Shown: piece by piece, positions 31,001 to 43,900 of the stretch
Layout of the letters: the number at the start of each line of letters is the position of its first letter
Numbering within the stretch: position 1 is the stretch's first letter
Assembly: GCF_009914755.1 (NCBI RefSeq)
Contig: NC_060939.1
Source of the DNA: the human T2T-CHM13v2.0 reference genome, Homo sapiens
Length of the DNA stretch: 64,000 nucleotides
Reading direction: 5' to 3' (one strand)
The notes under the pieces: model-generated
What the model saw: the letters and a program-made list of their open reading frames with translations, nothing else
What the model was told of the DNA's origin: nothing
Database searches by the model: none
Made by a program: the position numbers and the translations under genes

Positions 31001-31930
31001 GATTCCACTTCGTTCCATTTCATTGCATTCCATTCTATTCAACTCTATTGCCTTCCATTCCATTCCATTCGATTACATTCCATGCGATTCCATTCGAAAT
31101 CGAATCAATTACATTGCAATCCATTACTATTGAGTCCATTTTATTCCAGTCCACTGCATTCTGGTCCATTCCATTTGATTCCATTCCATTCTATTCCATT
31201 CCATACAGTTGCATTCCATTGGATTCCATTCTATATCTATAAATTCAATTCGAGACCATTGCTTTTGAGTCCATTCTATATGATTCCATTCCATTCAAGT
31301 CCATTACATTTGGTTCAATTCCATTCCATTCCAGTTGATATCAATCCATTCGATTCCATTCCATTCGAGCACATTCCATTCGAGTCCATTCCATTCGATG
31401 CCATTCCATTTGATTCTATTCCATTAGTCTCCATTCAATTCCATTAATCTCCATTCCATTCCATTCTACTCCTACTGATTCCATTCCATTCTATTCCTTT
31501 CCATTCCATTTCATTCCATTCCATTCCATTTCATTCCATTCCATTCCATTCGTGTCCATTCCTCTCCAGTCCATTCCATTCGTGTCCATTCCATTCCAGT
31601 CCATTCCATTTGTGTCCACTGCATTCCATTCCACTCCATTCCATATTATTCCATTACACTCCATTCCATTCTATTACTTTCATTTCCATTCAATTCCATT
31701 CCATTTGATTCCATTCCACTCGGTTTCATTCCATTTGAGTCCACTCCATTCCATTCCATTCCATTCCATTCAGTTCCATTCCATTCTGTTCCATTCCATT
31801 CCGTTCCATTACATTCCATTCCATTCGGTACCATTCCATATTGTTCCATTCGATTCCATTCGAATCCATTCCATTCCAGTCCATTCCATTCGATTCCATT
31901 CCATTCATTTCAATTCCATTCCATTCCATT
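16030..31930 (+). repeat. Copy 2 of 16,029-bp nine-unit tandem duplication
   Basis: ORF track entries 158..15697 are repeated at exactly +16029 with nearly identical translations. The match breaks at 15902/31931. Confidence 0.95.
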
Positions 31931-34900
31931 CCATTACACTTGATTCCTCTCCATTCCCTTCCACTGCATTCCGTTCGATTCCATTCCATTGCATTGCATT
32001 CCATTCCATTGGATTGCATTCCATTCGATTTCATTCCATTCGAATCAATTACATTGCAACCCATTACATTCGAGTCTATTCTCTTCCGTTCCATTCGATT
32101 TCGTTCCAATCCATTCGATTCCATTCCATTCGATTCCATTCCATACTATTGCATTCCATTCGATTACATTATATTCGAATAAGTTCCATTCAAGACCATT
32201 TCTTTTGAGTCCATTCTATTTGAGTCCATTCCCTTTGATTCCATAACATTTGAGTCCATTCAATTCCATTCCTTTCGTTTGCATTCCATTTGATGCCATT
32301 CCATTCAATTCTGTTCTACTCGACTCCAATACATTCAATTCCATTCCATCCGATTCCATTACATTCTTTTCATTTCTTATCCATTTCAAGCCATTCCACT
32401 CCATTCCATTCCACTCGTTTCCTTTCCATTCGAGTCCATTCCTCTCCAGTCCATTCCGTTCAATCCATTCCATTCCAGTCCATTCCATTCGAGTCCGTTC
32501 CATTCCAGTCCATTCCATTCGAGTCAACTCCATCCCATTCGATGTCTTTCCATAACGATCCATTCCATTCTATTCCTTTCGATTCCATTCCATTCTATTT
32601 CATTCCATTCTATTCCCTTCCATTGGACTCCTTTCCATTCGAGTGCATTCCATTCCGTTCCATTTCTTTCCGTTCTGTACAATTCCTACCGTTCGATTTC
32701 ATTTTGTTCCAGTCCATTCCTTTCGCGTCCATTCCATTCCATTTCACTCCATTCGATTCCATTCCACTCGATTCCACTTCGTTCCATTTCATTGCATTCC
32801 ATTCTATTCAACTCTATTGCCTTCCATTCCATTCCATTCGATTACATTCCATGCGATTCCATTCGAAATCGAATCAATTACATTGCAATCCATTACTATT
32901 GAGTCCGTTTTATTCCAGTCCACTGCATTCTGGTCCATTCCATTTGATTCCATTCCATTCTATTCCATTCCATACAGTTGCATTCCATTGGATTCCATGC
33001 TATATCTATAAATTCAATTCGAGACCATTGCTTTTGAGTCCATTCTATATGATTCCATTCCATTCAAGTCCATTACATTTGGTTCAATTCCATTCCATTC
33101 CATTCTCTTCCATTCCATTCCAGTTGATATCAATCCATTCGATTCCATTCCATTCGAGCACATTCCATTCGAGTCCATTCCATTCGATGCCATTCCATTT
33201 GATTCTATTCCATTAGTCTCCATTCAATTCCATTAATCTCCATTCCATTCCATTCTACTCCAACTGATTCCATTCCATTCTATTCCTTTCCATTCCATTT
33301 CATTCCATTCCATTCCATTTCATTCCATTCCATTCCATTCGTGTCCATTCCACTCCAGTCCATTCCATTCGTGTCCATTCCATTCCAGTCCATTCCATTT
33401 GTGTCCCCTGCATTCCATTACACTCCATTCCATATTATTCCATTACACTCCATTCAATTCTATTACTTTCATTTCCATTCAATTCCATTCCATTTGATTC
33501 CATTCCACTCGGTTTCATTCCATTTGAGTCCACTCCATTCCATTCCATTCCATTCCATTCAGTTCCATTCCATTCTATTCCATTCCATTCCGTTCCATTA
33601 CATTCCATTCCATTCGGTACCATTCCATATTGTTCCATTCGATTCCATTCGAATCCATTCCATTCCATTCGATTCCATTCCATTCATTTCAATTCCATTC
33701 CATTCCATTCCATTACATTCCACTTGATTCCTCTCCATTCCCTTCCACTGCATTCCGTTCGATTCCATTCCATTGCATTGCGTTCCATTCCATTGGATTG
33801 CATTCCATTCGATTCCATTCCATTCGAATCAATTACATAGCAATCCATTACATTCGAGTCTATTCTATTCCGTTCCATTCGATTTCGTTCCAATCCATTC
33901 GATTCCATTCCATTCGATTCCATTCCATACTATTGCATTCCATTCGATTACATTATATTCGAATAAGTTCCATTCAAGACCATTTCTTTTGAGTCCATTC
34001 TATTTGAGTCCATTCCCTTTGATTCCATAACATTTGAGTCCATTCAATTCCATTCCTTTCGTTTCCATTCCATTTGATGCCATTCCATTCAATTCTGTTC
34101 TACTCGACTCCAATACATTCAATTCCATTCCATCCGATTCCATTACATTCTTTTCATTTCTTATCCATTTCAAGCCATTCCACTCCATTCCATTCCACTC
34201 GTTTCCTTTCCATTCGAGTCCATTCCTCTCCAGTCCATTCCGTTCAATCCATTCCATTCCAGTCCATTCCATTCGAGTCCGTTCCATTCCAGTCCATTCC
34301 ATTCGAGTCAATTCCATCCCATTCGATGTCTTTCCATAACGATCCATTCCATTCTATTCCTTTCGATTCCATTCCATTCTATTTCATTCCATTCGATTCC
34401 CTTCCATTGGACTCCTTTCCATTCGAGTGCATTCCATTCCGTTCCATTTCTTTCCGTTCTGTACGATTCCTACCGTTCGATTTCATTTTGTTCCAGTCCA
34501 TTCCTTTCGCGTCCATTCCATTCCATTTCACTCCATTAGATTCCATTCCACTCGATTCCACTTCGTTCCATTTCATTGCATTCCATTCTATTCAACTCTA
34601 TTGCCTTCCATTCCATTCCATTCGATTACATTCCATGCGATTCCATTCGAAATCGAATCAATTACATTGCAATTCATTACTATTGAGTCCGTTTTATTCC
34701 AGTCCACTGCATTCTGGTCCATTCCATTTGATTCCATTCCATTCTATTCCATTCCATACAGTTGCATTCCATTGGATTCCATGCTATATCTATAAATTCA
34801 ATTCGAGACCATTGCTTTTGAGTCCATTCTATATGATTCCATTCCATTCAAGTCCATTACATTTGGTTCAATTCCATTCCATTCCCTTCCCTTCCATTCC

Positions 34901-37900
34901 ATTCCATTTGATATCAATCCAGTCGATTCCATTCCATTCGAGCACATTCCATTCGAGTCCATTCCATTCGATGCCATTCCATTTGATTCTATTCCATTAG
35001 TCTCCATTCAATTCCATTAATCTCCATTCCATTCCATTCTACTCCAACTGATTCCATTCCATTCTATTCCTTTCCATTCCATTTCATTCCATTCCATTCC
35101 ATTTCATTCCATTCCATTCCATTCGTGTCCATTCCACTCCAGTCCATTCCATTCGTGTCCATTCCATTCCAGTCCATTCCATTTGTGTCCACTGCATTCC
35201 ATTCCACTCCATTCCATATTATTCCATTACACTCCATTCCATTCTATTACTTTCATTTCCATTCAATTCCATTCCATTTGATTCCATTCCACTCGGTTTC
35301 ATTCCATTTGAGTCCACTCCATTCTATTCCATTCCATTCCATTCAGTTCCATTCCATTCTGTTCCATTCCATTCCGTTCCATTACATTCCATTCCATTCG
35401 GTACCATTCCATATTGTTCCATTCGATTCCATTCGAATCCATTCCATTCCAGTCCATTCCATTCGATTCCATTCCATTCATTTCAATTCCATTCCATTCC
35501 ATTCCATTACATTCCACTTGATTCCTCTCCATTCCCTTCCACTGCATTCCGTTCGATTCCATTCCATTGCATTGCATTCCATTCCATTGGATTGCATTCC
35601 ATTCGATTCCATTCCATTCGAATCAATTACATAGCAATCCATTACATTCGAGTCTATTCTATTCCGTTCCATTCGATTTCGTTCCAATCCATTCGATTCC
35701 ATTCCATTCGATTCCATTCCATACTATTGCATTCCATTCGATTACATTATATTCGAATAAGTTCCATTCAAGACCATTTCTTTTGAGTCCATTCTATTTG
35801 AGTCCATTCCCTTTGATTCCATAACATTTGAGTCCATTCAATTCCATTCCTTTCGTTTGCATTCCATTTGATGCCATTCCATTCAATTCTGTTCTACTCG
35901 ACTCCAATACATTCAATTCCATTCCATCCGATTCCATTACATTCTTTTCATTTCTTATCCATTTCAAGCCATTCCACTCCATTCCATTCCACTCGTTTCC
36001 TTTCCATTCGAGTCCATTCCTCTCCAGTCCATTCCGTTCAATCCATTCCATTCCAGTCCATTCCATTCGAGTCCGTTCCATTCCAGTCCATTCCATTCGA
36101 GTCAATTCCATTCCATTCGATGTCTTTCCATAACGATCCATTCCATTCTATTCCTTTCGATTCCATTCCATTCTATTTCATTCCATTCGATTCCCTTCCA
36201 TTGGACTCCTTTCCATTCGAGTGCATTCCATTCCGTTCCATTTCTTTCCGTTCTGTACGATTCCTACCGTTCGATTTCATTTTGTTCCAGTCCATTCCTT
36301 TCGCGTCCATTCCATTCCATTTCACTCCATTCGATTCCATTCCACTCGATTCCACTTCGTTCCATTTCATTGCATTCCATTCTATTCAACTCTATTGCCT
36401 TCCATTCCATTCCATTCGATTACATTCCATGCGATTCCATTCGAAATCGAATCAATTACATTGCAATCCATTACTATTGAGTCCATTTTATTCCAGTCCA
36501 CTGCATTCTGGTCCATTCCATTTGATTCCATTCCATTCTATTCCATTCCATACAGTTGCATTCCATTGGATTCCATTCTATATCTATAAATTCAATTGGA
36601 GACCATTGCTTTTGAGTCCATTCTATATGATTCCATTCCATTCAAGTCCATTACATTTGGTTCAATTCCATTCCATTCCATTCTCTTCCATTCCATTCCA
36701 GTTGATATCAATCCATTCGATTCCATTCCATTCGAGCACATTCCATTCGAGTGCATTCCATTCGATGCCATTCCATTTGATTCTATTCCATTAGTCTCCA
36801 TTCAATTCCATTAATCTCCATTCCATTCCATTCTACTCCAACTGATTCCATTCCATTCTATTCCTTTCCATTCCATTTCACTCCATTCCATTCCATTTCA
36901 TTCCATTCCATTCCATTCGCTTCCATTCCATTCGTGTCCATTCCACTCCAGTCCATTCCATTCGTGTCCATTCCATTCCAGTCCATTCCATTTGTGTCCA
37001 CTGCATTCCATTCCACTCCATTCCATATTATTCCATTACACTCCATTCCATTCTATTACTTTCATTTCCATTCAATTCCATTCCATTTGATTCCATTCCA
37101 CTCGGTTTCATTCAATTTGAGTCCACTCCATTCCATTCCATTCCATTCCATTCAGTTCCATTCCATTCTGTTCCATTCCATTCCGTTCCATTGCATTCCA
37201 TTCCATTCGGTACCATTCCATATTGTTCCATTCGATTCCATTCGAATCCATTCCATTCCAGTCCATTCCATTCGATTCCATTCCATTCCTTTCAATTCCA
37301 TTCCATTCCATTCCATTCCACTTGATTCCACTCCATTCCCTTCCACTGCATTCCATTCGATTCCATTCCATTGCATTGCATTCCATTCCATTGGACTGCA
37401 TTCCATTCGATTCCATTCCATTCGAATCAATTACATAGCAATCCATTACATTCGAGTCTATTCTATTCCGTTCCATTCGATTTCGTTCCAATCCATTCGA
37501 TTCCATTCCATTCGATTCCATTCCATACTATTGCATTCCATTCTATTACATTATATTCGAATAAGTTCCATTCAAGACCATTTCTTTTGAGTCCATTCTA
37601 TTTGAGTCCATTCCCTTTGATTCCATAACATTTGAGTCCATTCAATTCCATTCCTTTCGTTTCCATTCCATTTGATGCCATTCCGTTCAATTCTGTTCTA
37701 CTCGACTCCAATACATTCAATTCCATTCCATCCGATTCCATTACATTCTTTTCATTTCTTATCCATTTCAAGCCATTCCACTCCATTCCATTCCACTCGT
37801 TTCCTTTCCATTCGAGTCCATTCCTCTCCAGTCCATTCCGTTCAATCCATTCCATTCCAGTCCATTCCATTCGAGTCCGTTCCATTCCAGTCCATTCCAT

Positions 37901-40900
37901 TCGAGTCAATTCCATCCCATTCGATGTCTTTCCATAACGATCCATTCCATTCTATACCTTTCGATTCCATTCCATTCTATTTCATTCCATTCGATTCCCT
38001 TCCATTGGACTCCTTTCCATTCGAGTGCATTCCATTCCGTTCCATTTTTTCCGTTCTGTACGATTCCTACCGTTCGATTTCATTTTGTTCCAGTCCATTC
38101 CTTTCGCGTCCATTCCATTCCATTTCACTCCATTCGATTCCATTCCACTCGATTCCACTTCGTTCCATTTCATTGCATTCCATTCTATTTAACTCTATTG
38201 CCTTCCATTCCATTCCATTCGATTACATTCCATGCGATTCCATTCGAAATCGAATCAATTACATTGCAATCCATTACTATTGAGTCCGTTTTATTCCAGT
38301 CCACTGCATTCTGGTCCATTCCATTTGATTCCATTCCATTCTATTCCATTCCATACAATTGCATTCCATTGGATTCCATGCTATCTCTATAAATTCAATT
38401 CGAGACCATTGCTTTTGAGTCCATTCTATATGATTCCATTCCATTCAAGTCCATTACATTTGGTTCAATTCCATTCCATTCAATTTCCTTCCATTCCATT
38501 CCAGTTGATATCAATCCATTCGATTCCATTCCACTCGAGCACATTCCATTCGAGTCCATTCCACTCGATGCCATTCCATTTGATTCTATTCCATTAGTCT
38601 CCATTCAATTCCATTAATCTCCATTCCATTCCATTCTACTCCAACTGATTCCATTCCATTCTATTCCTTTCCATTCCATTTCATTCCATTCCATTCCATT
38701 TCATTCCATTCCATTCCATTCGTGTCCATTCCACTCCAGTCCATTCCATTCGTGTCCATTCCATTCCAGTCCATTCCATTTGTGTCCACTGCATTCCATT
38801 CCACTCCATTCCATATTATTCCATTACACTCCATTCCATTCTATTACTTTCATTTCCATTCAATTCCATTCCTTTTGATTCCATTCCACTCGGTTTCATT
38901 CCATTTGAGTCCACTCCATTCCATTCCATTCCATTCAGTTCCATTCCATTCTGTTCCATTCCATTCCGTTCCATTACATTCCATTCCATTCGGTACCATT
39001 CCATATTGTTCCATTCGATTCCATTCGAATCCATTCCATTCCAGTCCATTCCATTCGATTCCATTCCATTCATTTCAATTCCATTCCATTCCATTCCATT
39101 ACATTCCACTTGATTCCTCTCCATTCCCTTCCACTGCATTCCATTCGATTCCATTCCATTGCATTGCATTCCATTCCATTGGATTGCATTCCATTCGATT
39201 CCATTCCATTCGAATCAATTACATAGCAATCCATTACATTCGAGTCTATTCTATTCCGTTCCATTCGATTTCGTTCCAATCCATTCGATTCCATTCCATT
39301 CGATTCCATTCCATACTATTGCATTCCATTCGATTACATTATATTCGAATAAGTTCCATTCAAGACCATTTCTTTTGAGTCCATTCTATTTGAGTCCATT
39401 CCCTTTGATTCCATAACATTTGAGTCCATTCAATTCCATTCCTTTCGTTTGCATTCCATTTGATGCCATTCCATTCAATTCTGTTCTACTCGACTCCAAT
39501 ACATTCAATTCCATTCCATCCGATTCCATTACATTCTTTTCATTTCTTATCCATTTCAAGCCATTCCACTCCATTCCATTCCACTCGTTTCCTTTCCATT
39601 CGAGTCCATTCCTCTCCAGTCCATTCCGTTCAATCCATTCCATTCCAGTCCATTCCATTCGAGTCCGTTCCATTCCAGTCCATTCCATTCGAGTCAATTC
39701 CATTCCATTCGATGTCTTTCCATAACGATCCATTCCATTCTATTCCTTTCGATTCCATTCCATTCTATTTCATTCCATTCGATTCCCTTCCATTGGACTC
39801 CTTTCCATTCGAGTGCATTCCATTCCGTTCCATTTCTTTCCGTTCTGTACGATTCCTACCGTTCGATTTCATTTTGTTCCAGTCCATTCCTTTCGCGTCC
39901 ATTCCATTCCATTTCACTCCATTCGATTCCATTCCACTCGATTCCACTTCGTTCCATTTCATTGCATTCCATTCTATTCAACTCTATTGCCTTCCATTCC
40001 ATTCCATTCGATTACATTCCATGCGATTCCATTCGAAATCGAATCAATTACATTGCAATCCATTACTATTGAGTCCATTTTATTCCAGTCCACTGCATTC
40101 TGGTCCATTCCATTTGATTCCATTCCATTCTATTCCATTCCATACAGTTGCATTCCATTGGATTCCATTCTATATCTATAAATTCAATTGGAGACCATTG
40201 CTTTTGAGTCCATTCTATATGATTCCATTCCATTCAAGTCCATTACATTTGGTTCAATTCCATTCCATTCCATTCTCTTCCATTCCATTCCAGTTGATAT
40301 CAATCCATTCGATTCCATTCCATTCGAGCACATTCCATTCGAGTGCATTCCATTCGATGCCATTCCATTTGATTCTATTCCATTAGTCTCCATTCAATTC
40401 CATTAATCTCCATTCCATTCCATTCTACTCCAACTGATTCCATTCCATTCTATTCCTTTCCATTCCATTTCACTCCATTCCATTCCATTTCATTCCATTC
40501 CATTCCATTCGCTTCCATTCCATTCGTGTCCATTCCACTCCAGTCCATTCCATTCGTGTCCATTCCATTCCAGTCCATTCCATTTGTGTCCACTGCATTC
40601 CATTCCACTCCATTCCATATTATTCCATTACACTCCATTCCATTCTATTACTTTCATTTCCATTCAATTCCATTCCATTTGATTCCATTCCACTCGGTTT
40701 CATTCCATTTGAGTCCACTCCATTCCATTCCATTCCATTCCATTCAGTTCCATTCCATTCTGTTCCATTCCATTCCGTTCCATTGCATTCCATTCCATTC
40801 GGTACCATTCCATATTGTTCCATTCGATTCCATTCGAATCCATTCCATTCCAGTCCATTCCATTCGATTCCATTCCATTCATTTCAATTCCATTCCATTC

Positions 40901-43900
40901 CATTCCATTACATTCCACTTGATTCCTCTGCATTCACTTCCACTGCATTCCGTTCGATTCCATTCCATTGCATTGCATTCCATTCCATTGGATTGCATTC
41001 CATTCGATTCCATTCCATTCGAATCAATTACATAGCAATCCATTACATTCAAGTCTATTCTATTCCCTTCCATTCGATTTTGTTCCAATCCATTCGATTC
41101 CATTCCATTCGATTCCATTCCATACTATTGCATTCCATTCGATTACATTATATTCGAATAAGTTCCATTCAAGACCATTTCTTTTGAGTCCATTCTGTTT
41201 GAGTCCATTCCCTTTGATTCCATAACCTTTGAGTCCATTCAATTCCATTCCTTTCGTTTCCATTCCATTTGATGCCATTCCATTCAATTCTGTTCTACTC
41301 GACTCCAATACATTCAATTCCATTCCATCCGATTCCATTACATTCTTTTCATTTCTTATCCATTTCAAGCCATTCCACTCCATTCCATTCCACTCGTTTC
41401 CTTTCCATTCGAGTCCATTCCTCTCCAGTCCATTCCGTTCAATCCATTCCATTCCAGTCCATTCCATTCGAGTCCGTTCCATTCCAGTCCATTCCATTCG
41501 AGTCAATTCCATTCCATTCGATGTCTTTCCATAACGATCCATTCCATTCTATTCCTTTCGATTCCATTCCATTCTATTTCATTCCATTCGATTCCCTTCC
41601 ATTGGACTCCTTTCCATTCGAGTGCATTCCATTCCGTTCCATTTCTTTCCGTTCTGTACGATTCCTACCGTTCGATTTCATTTTGTTCCAGTCCATTCCT
41701 TTCGCGTCCATTCCATTCCATTTCACTCCATTCGATTCCATTCCACTCGATTCCACTTCGTTCCATTTCATTGCATTCCATTCTATTCAACTCTATTGCC
41801 TTCCATTCCATTCCATTCGATTACATTCCATGCGATTCCATTCGAAATCGAGTCAATTACATTGCAATCCATTACTATTGAGTCCGTTTTATTCCAGTCC
41901 ACTGCATTCTGGTCCATTCCATTTGATTCCATTCCATTCTATTCCATTCCATACAGTTGCATTCCATTGGATTCCATTCTATATCTATAAATTCAATTCG
42001 AGACCATTGCTTTTGAGTCCATTCTATATGATTCCATTCCATTCAAGTCCATTACATTTGGTTCAATTCCATTCCATTCCATTCCCTTCCATTCCATTCC
42101 AGTTGATATCAATCCATTCGATTCCATTCCATTCGAGCACATTCCATTCGAGTCCATTCCATTCGATGCCGTTCCATTTGATTCTATTCCATTAGTCTCC
42201 ATTCAATTCCATTAATCTCCATTCCATTCCATTCTACTCCAACTGATTCCATTCCATTCTATTCCTTTCCATTCGATTTCATTCCATTCCATTCCATTTC
42301 ATTCCATTCCATTCCATTCGTGTCCATTCCACTCCAGTCCATTCCATTCGTGTCCATTCCATTCCAGTCCATTCCATTTGTGTCCACTGCATTCCATTCC
42401 ACTCCATTCCATATTATTCCATTACACTCCATTCCATTCTCTTACTTTCATTTCCATTCAATTCCATTCCATTTGATTCCATTCCACTCGGTTTCATTCC
42501 ATTTGAGTCCACTCCATTCCATTCCATTCCATTCCATTCAGTTCTATTCCATTCTGTTCCATTCCATTCCGTTCCATTACATTCCATTCCATTCGGTACC
42601 ATTCCATAGTGTTCCATTCGATTCCATTCGAATCCATTCCATTCCAGTCCATTCCATTCGATTCCATTCCATTCATTTCAATTCCATTCCATTCCATTCC
42701 ATTACATTCCACTTGATTCCTCTCCATTCCCTTCCACTGCATTCCGTTCGATTCCATTCCATTGCATTGCATTCCATTCCATTGGATTGCATTCCATTCG
42801 ATTCCATTCCATTCGAATCAATTACATAGCAATCCATTACATTCAAGTCTATTCTATTCCCTTCCATTCGATTTTGTTCCAATCCATTCGATTCCATTCC
42901 ATTCGATTCCATTCCATACTATTGCATTCCATTCGATTACATTATATTCGAATAAGTTCCATTCAAGACCATTTCTTTTGAGTCCATTCTGTTTGAGTCC
43001 ATTCCCTTTGATTCCATAACCTTTGAGTCCATTCAATTCCATTCCTTTCGTTTCCATTCCATTTGATGCCATTCCATTCAATTCTGTTCTACTCGACTCC
43101 AATACATTCAATTCCATTCCATCCGATTCCATTACATTCTTTTCATTTCTTATCCATTTCAAGCCATTCCACTCCATTCCATTCCACTCGTTTCCTTTCC
43201 ATTCGAGTCCATTCCTCTCCAGTCCATTCCGTTCAATCCATTCCATTCCAGTCCATTCCATTCGAGTCCGTTCCATTCCAGTCCATTCCATTCGAGTCAA
43301 TTCCATCCCATTCGATGTCTTTCCATAACGATCCATTCCATTCTATTCCTTTCGATTCCATTCCATTCTATTTCATTCCATTCGATTCCCTTCCATTGGA
43401 CTCCTTTCCATTCGAGTGCATTCCATTCCGTTCCATTTCTTTCCGTTCTGTACGATTCCTACCGTTCGATTTCATTTTGTTCCAGTCCATTCCTTTCGCG
43501 TCCATTCCATTCCATTTCACTCCATTCGATTCCATTCCACTCGATTCCACTTCGTTCCATTTCATTGCATTCCATTCTATTCAACTCTATTGCCTTCCAT
43601 TCCATTCCATTCGATTACATTCCATGCGATTCCATTCGAAATCGAATCAATTACATTGCAATCCATTACTATTGAGTCCGTTTTATTCCAGTCCACTGCA
43701 TTCTGGTCCATTCCATTTGATTCCATTCCATTCTATTCCATTCCATACAGTTGCATTCCATTGGATTCCATTCTATATCTATAAATTCAATTCGAGACCA
43801 TTGCTTTTGAGTCCATTCTATATGATTCCATTCCATTCAAGTCCATTACATTTGGTTCAATTCCATTCCATTCCATTCCCTTCCATTCCATTCCAGTTGA

